Assembly (NCBI GenBank): GCA_020248405.1 | Contig: JADCHQ010000033.1 | Coordinates: 2,791 to 66,790 of the forward strand | DNA length: 64,000 nt | Reading direction: 5' to 3' | Source: Rhodocyclaceae bacterium | GTDB lineage: Bacteria > Pseudomonadota > Gammaproteobacteria > Burkholderiales > Ga0077523 | In this document: positions 63,780 to 64,000 of the stretch, in pieces | Layout: the number at the start of each line of letters is the position of its first letter | Numbering within the stretch: the first letter of the stretch is position 1 | Position numbers and translations under genes: made by a program | Notes under the pieces: generated by a model | The model's input: only the letters and a program-made list of their open reading frames with translations | Databases searched by the model: none | What the model was told of the DNA's origin: nothing

Positions 63780-64000
63780 TTAGAAGCCGAGGCTTTCCAG
63801 CAGCTCGTCCACCTGCTGCTGGCTGGTCACGACGCCTTGACCCGCGCCGTTTCCGATCACGGGACCAGCAAGGCCCGAGGCGCAAAGTGCCTCGCGGCGA
63901 TCGGCCGGCGCGTGCTCCACCAGTAGTTCCACCAATTGCTTCTCCACCGCGTGAGTCATCTCGGTCATGCGCTTGATCACCTGGCCGGTGAGGTCCTGGA
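63780..64000 (-). CDS. cheZ: CheY-P phosphatase CheZ, C-terminal ~72 codons; the 5' part lies beyond the right edge
   Basis: The frame is open to nt 64000. It reads ..QDLTGQVIKRMTEM.. (CheZ active-site helix signature) and ends ..QQQVDELLESLGF (compare E. coli ..QVDDLLDSLGF). Confidence 0.8.
   Translation of the reverse strand, partial: QDLTGQVIKRMTEMTHAVEKQLVELLVEHAPADRREALCASGLAGPVIGNGAGQGVVTSQQQVDELLESLGF

Overview
High-GC proteobacterial chromosome segment. Gene order looks betaproteobacterial (lysS-prfB-recJ; tRNA-Val-thrS-infC-rpmI-rplT-pheST-ihfA-merR-tRNA-Pro; surE-pcm-nlpD; alaC-hom-thrC), but that taxonomic call is inference only. The one clearly accessory region is the left ~10.4 kb. 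It holds a minus-strand two-partner-secretion / contact-dependent-inhibition type locus: a TpsB transporter (cdiB-like, 8324-10078), a HlyC-family lysine acyltransferase (cdiC-like, 7778-8302) and a giant TpsA/CdiA-family exoprotein. The acyltransferase is broken by an in-frame TAG at a conserved Trp position. The exoprotein starts at 7762 and runs off the left edge. It is missing from the supplied ORF track because it has no stop codon inside the window. Its toxin tip and any immunity gene would lie left of nt 1. The rest is core genome. It includes a complete Che2/F7-like chemosensory cluster (mcp-cheY-cheA-mcp-cheW-cheR-cheD-cheB-STAS, 27035-37255), a second cheZ-cheA fragment at the right edge, lolCD, comEC, relA, moxR-DUF58-tgpA, clpB with a sigma32-type promoter, and two tRNAs. 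Classical recoding and odd-start signals are visible: the prfB +1 frameshift and a non-AUG infC start. I saw no CRISPR array, rRNA, IS element or integrase. Many long ORFs in the track are antisense shadows of real genes, which is typical of high-GC DNA. All function calls come from by-eye motif recognition, not from searches.
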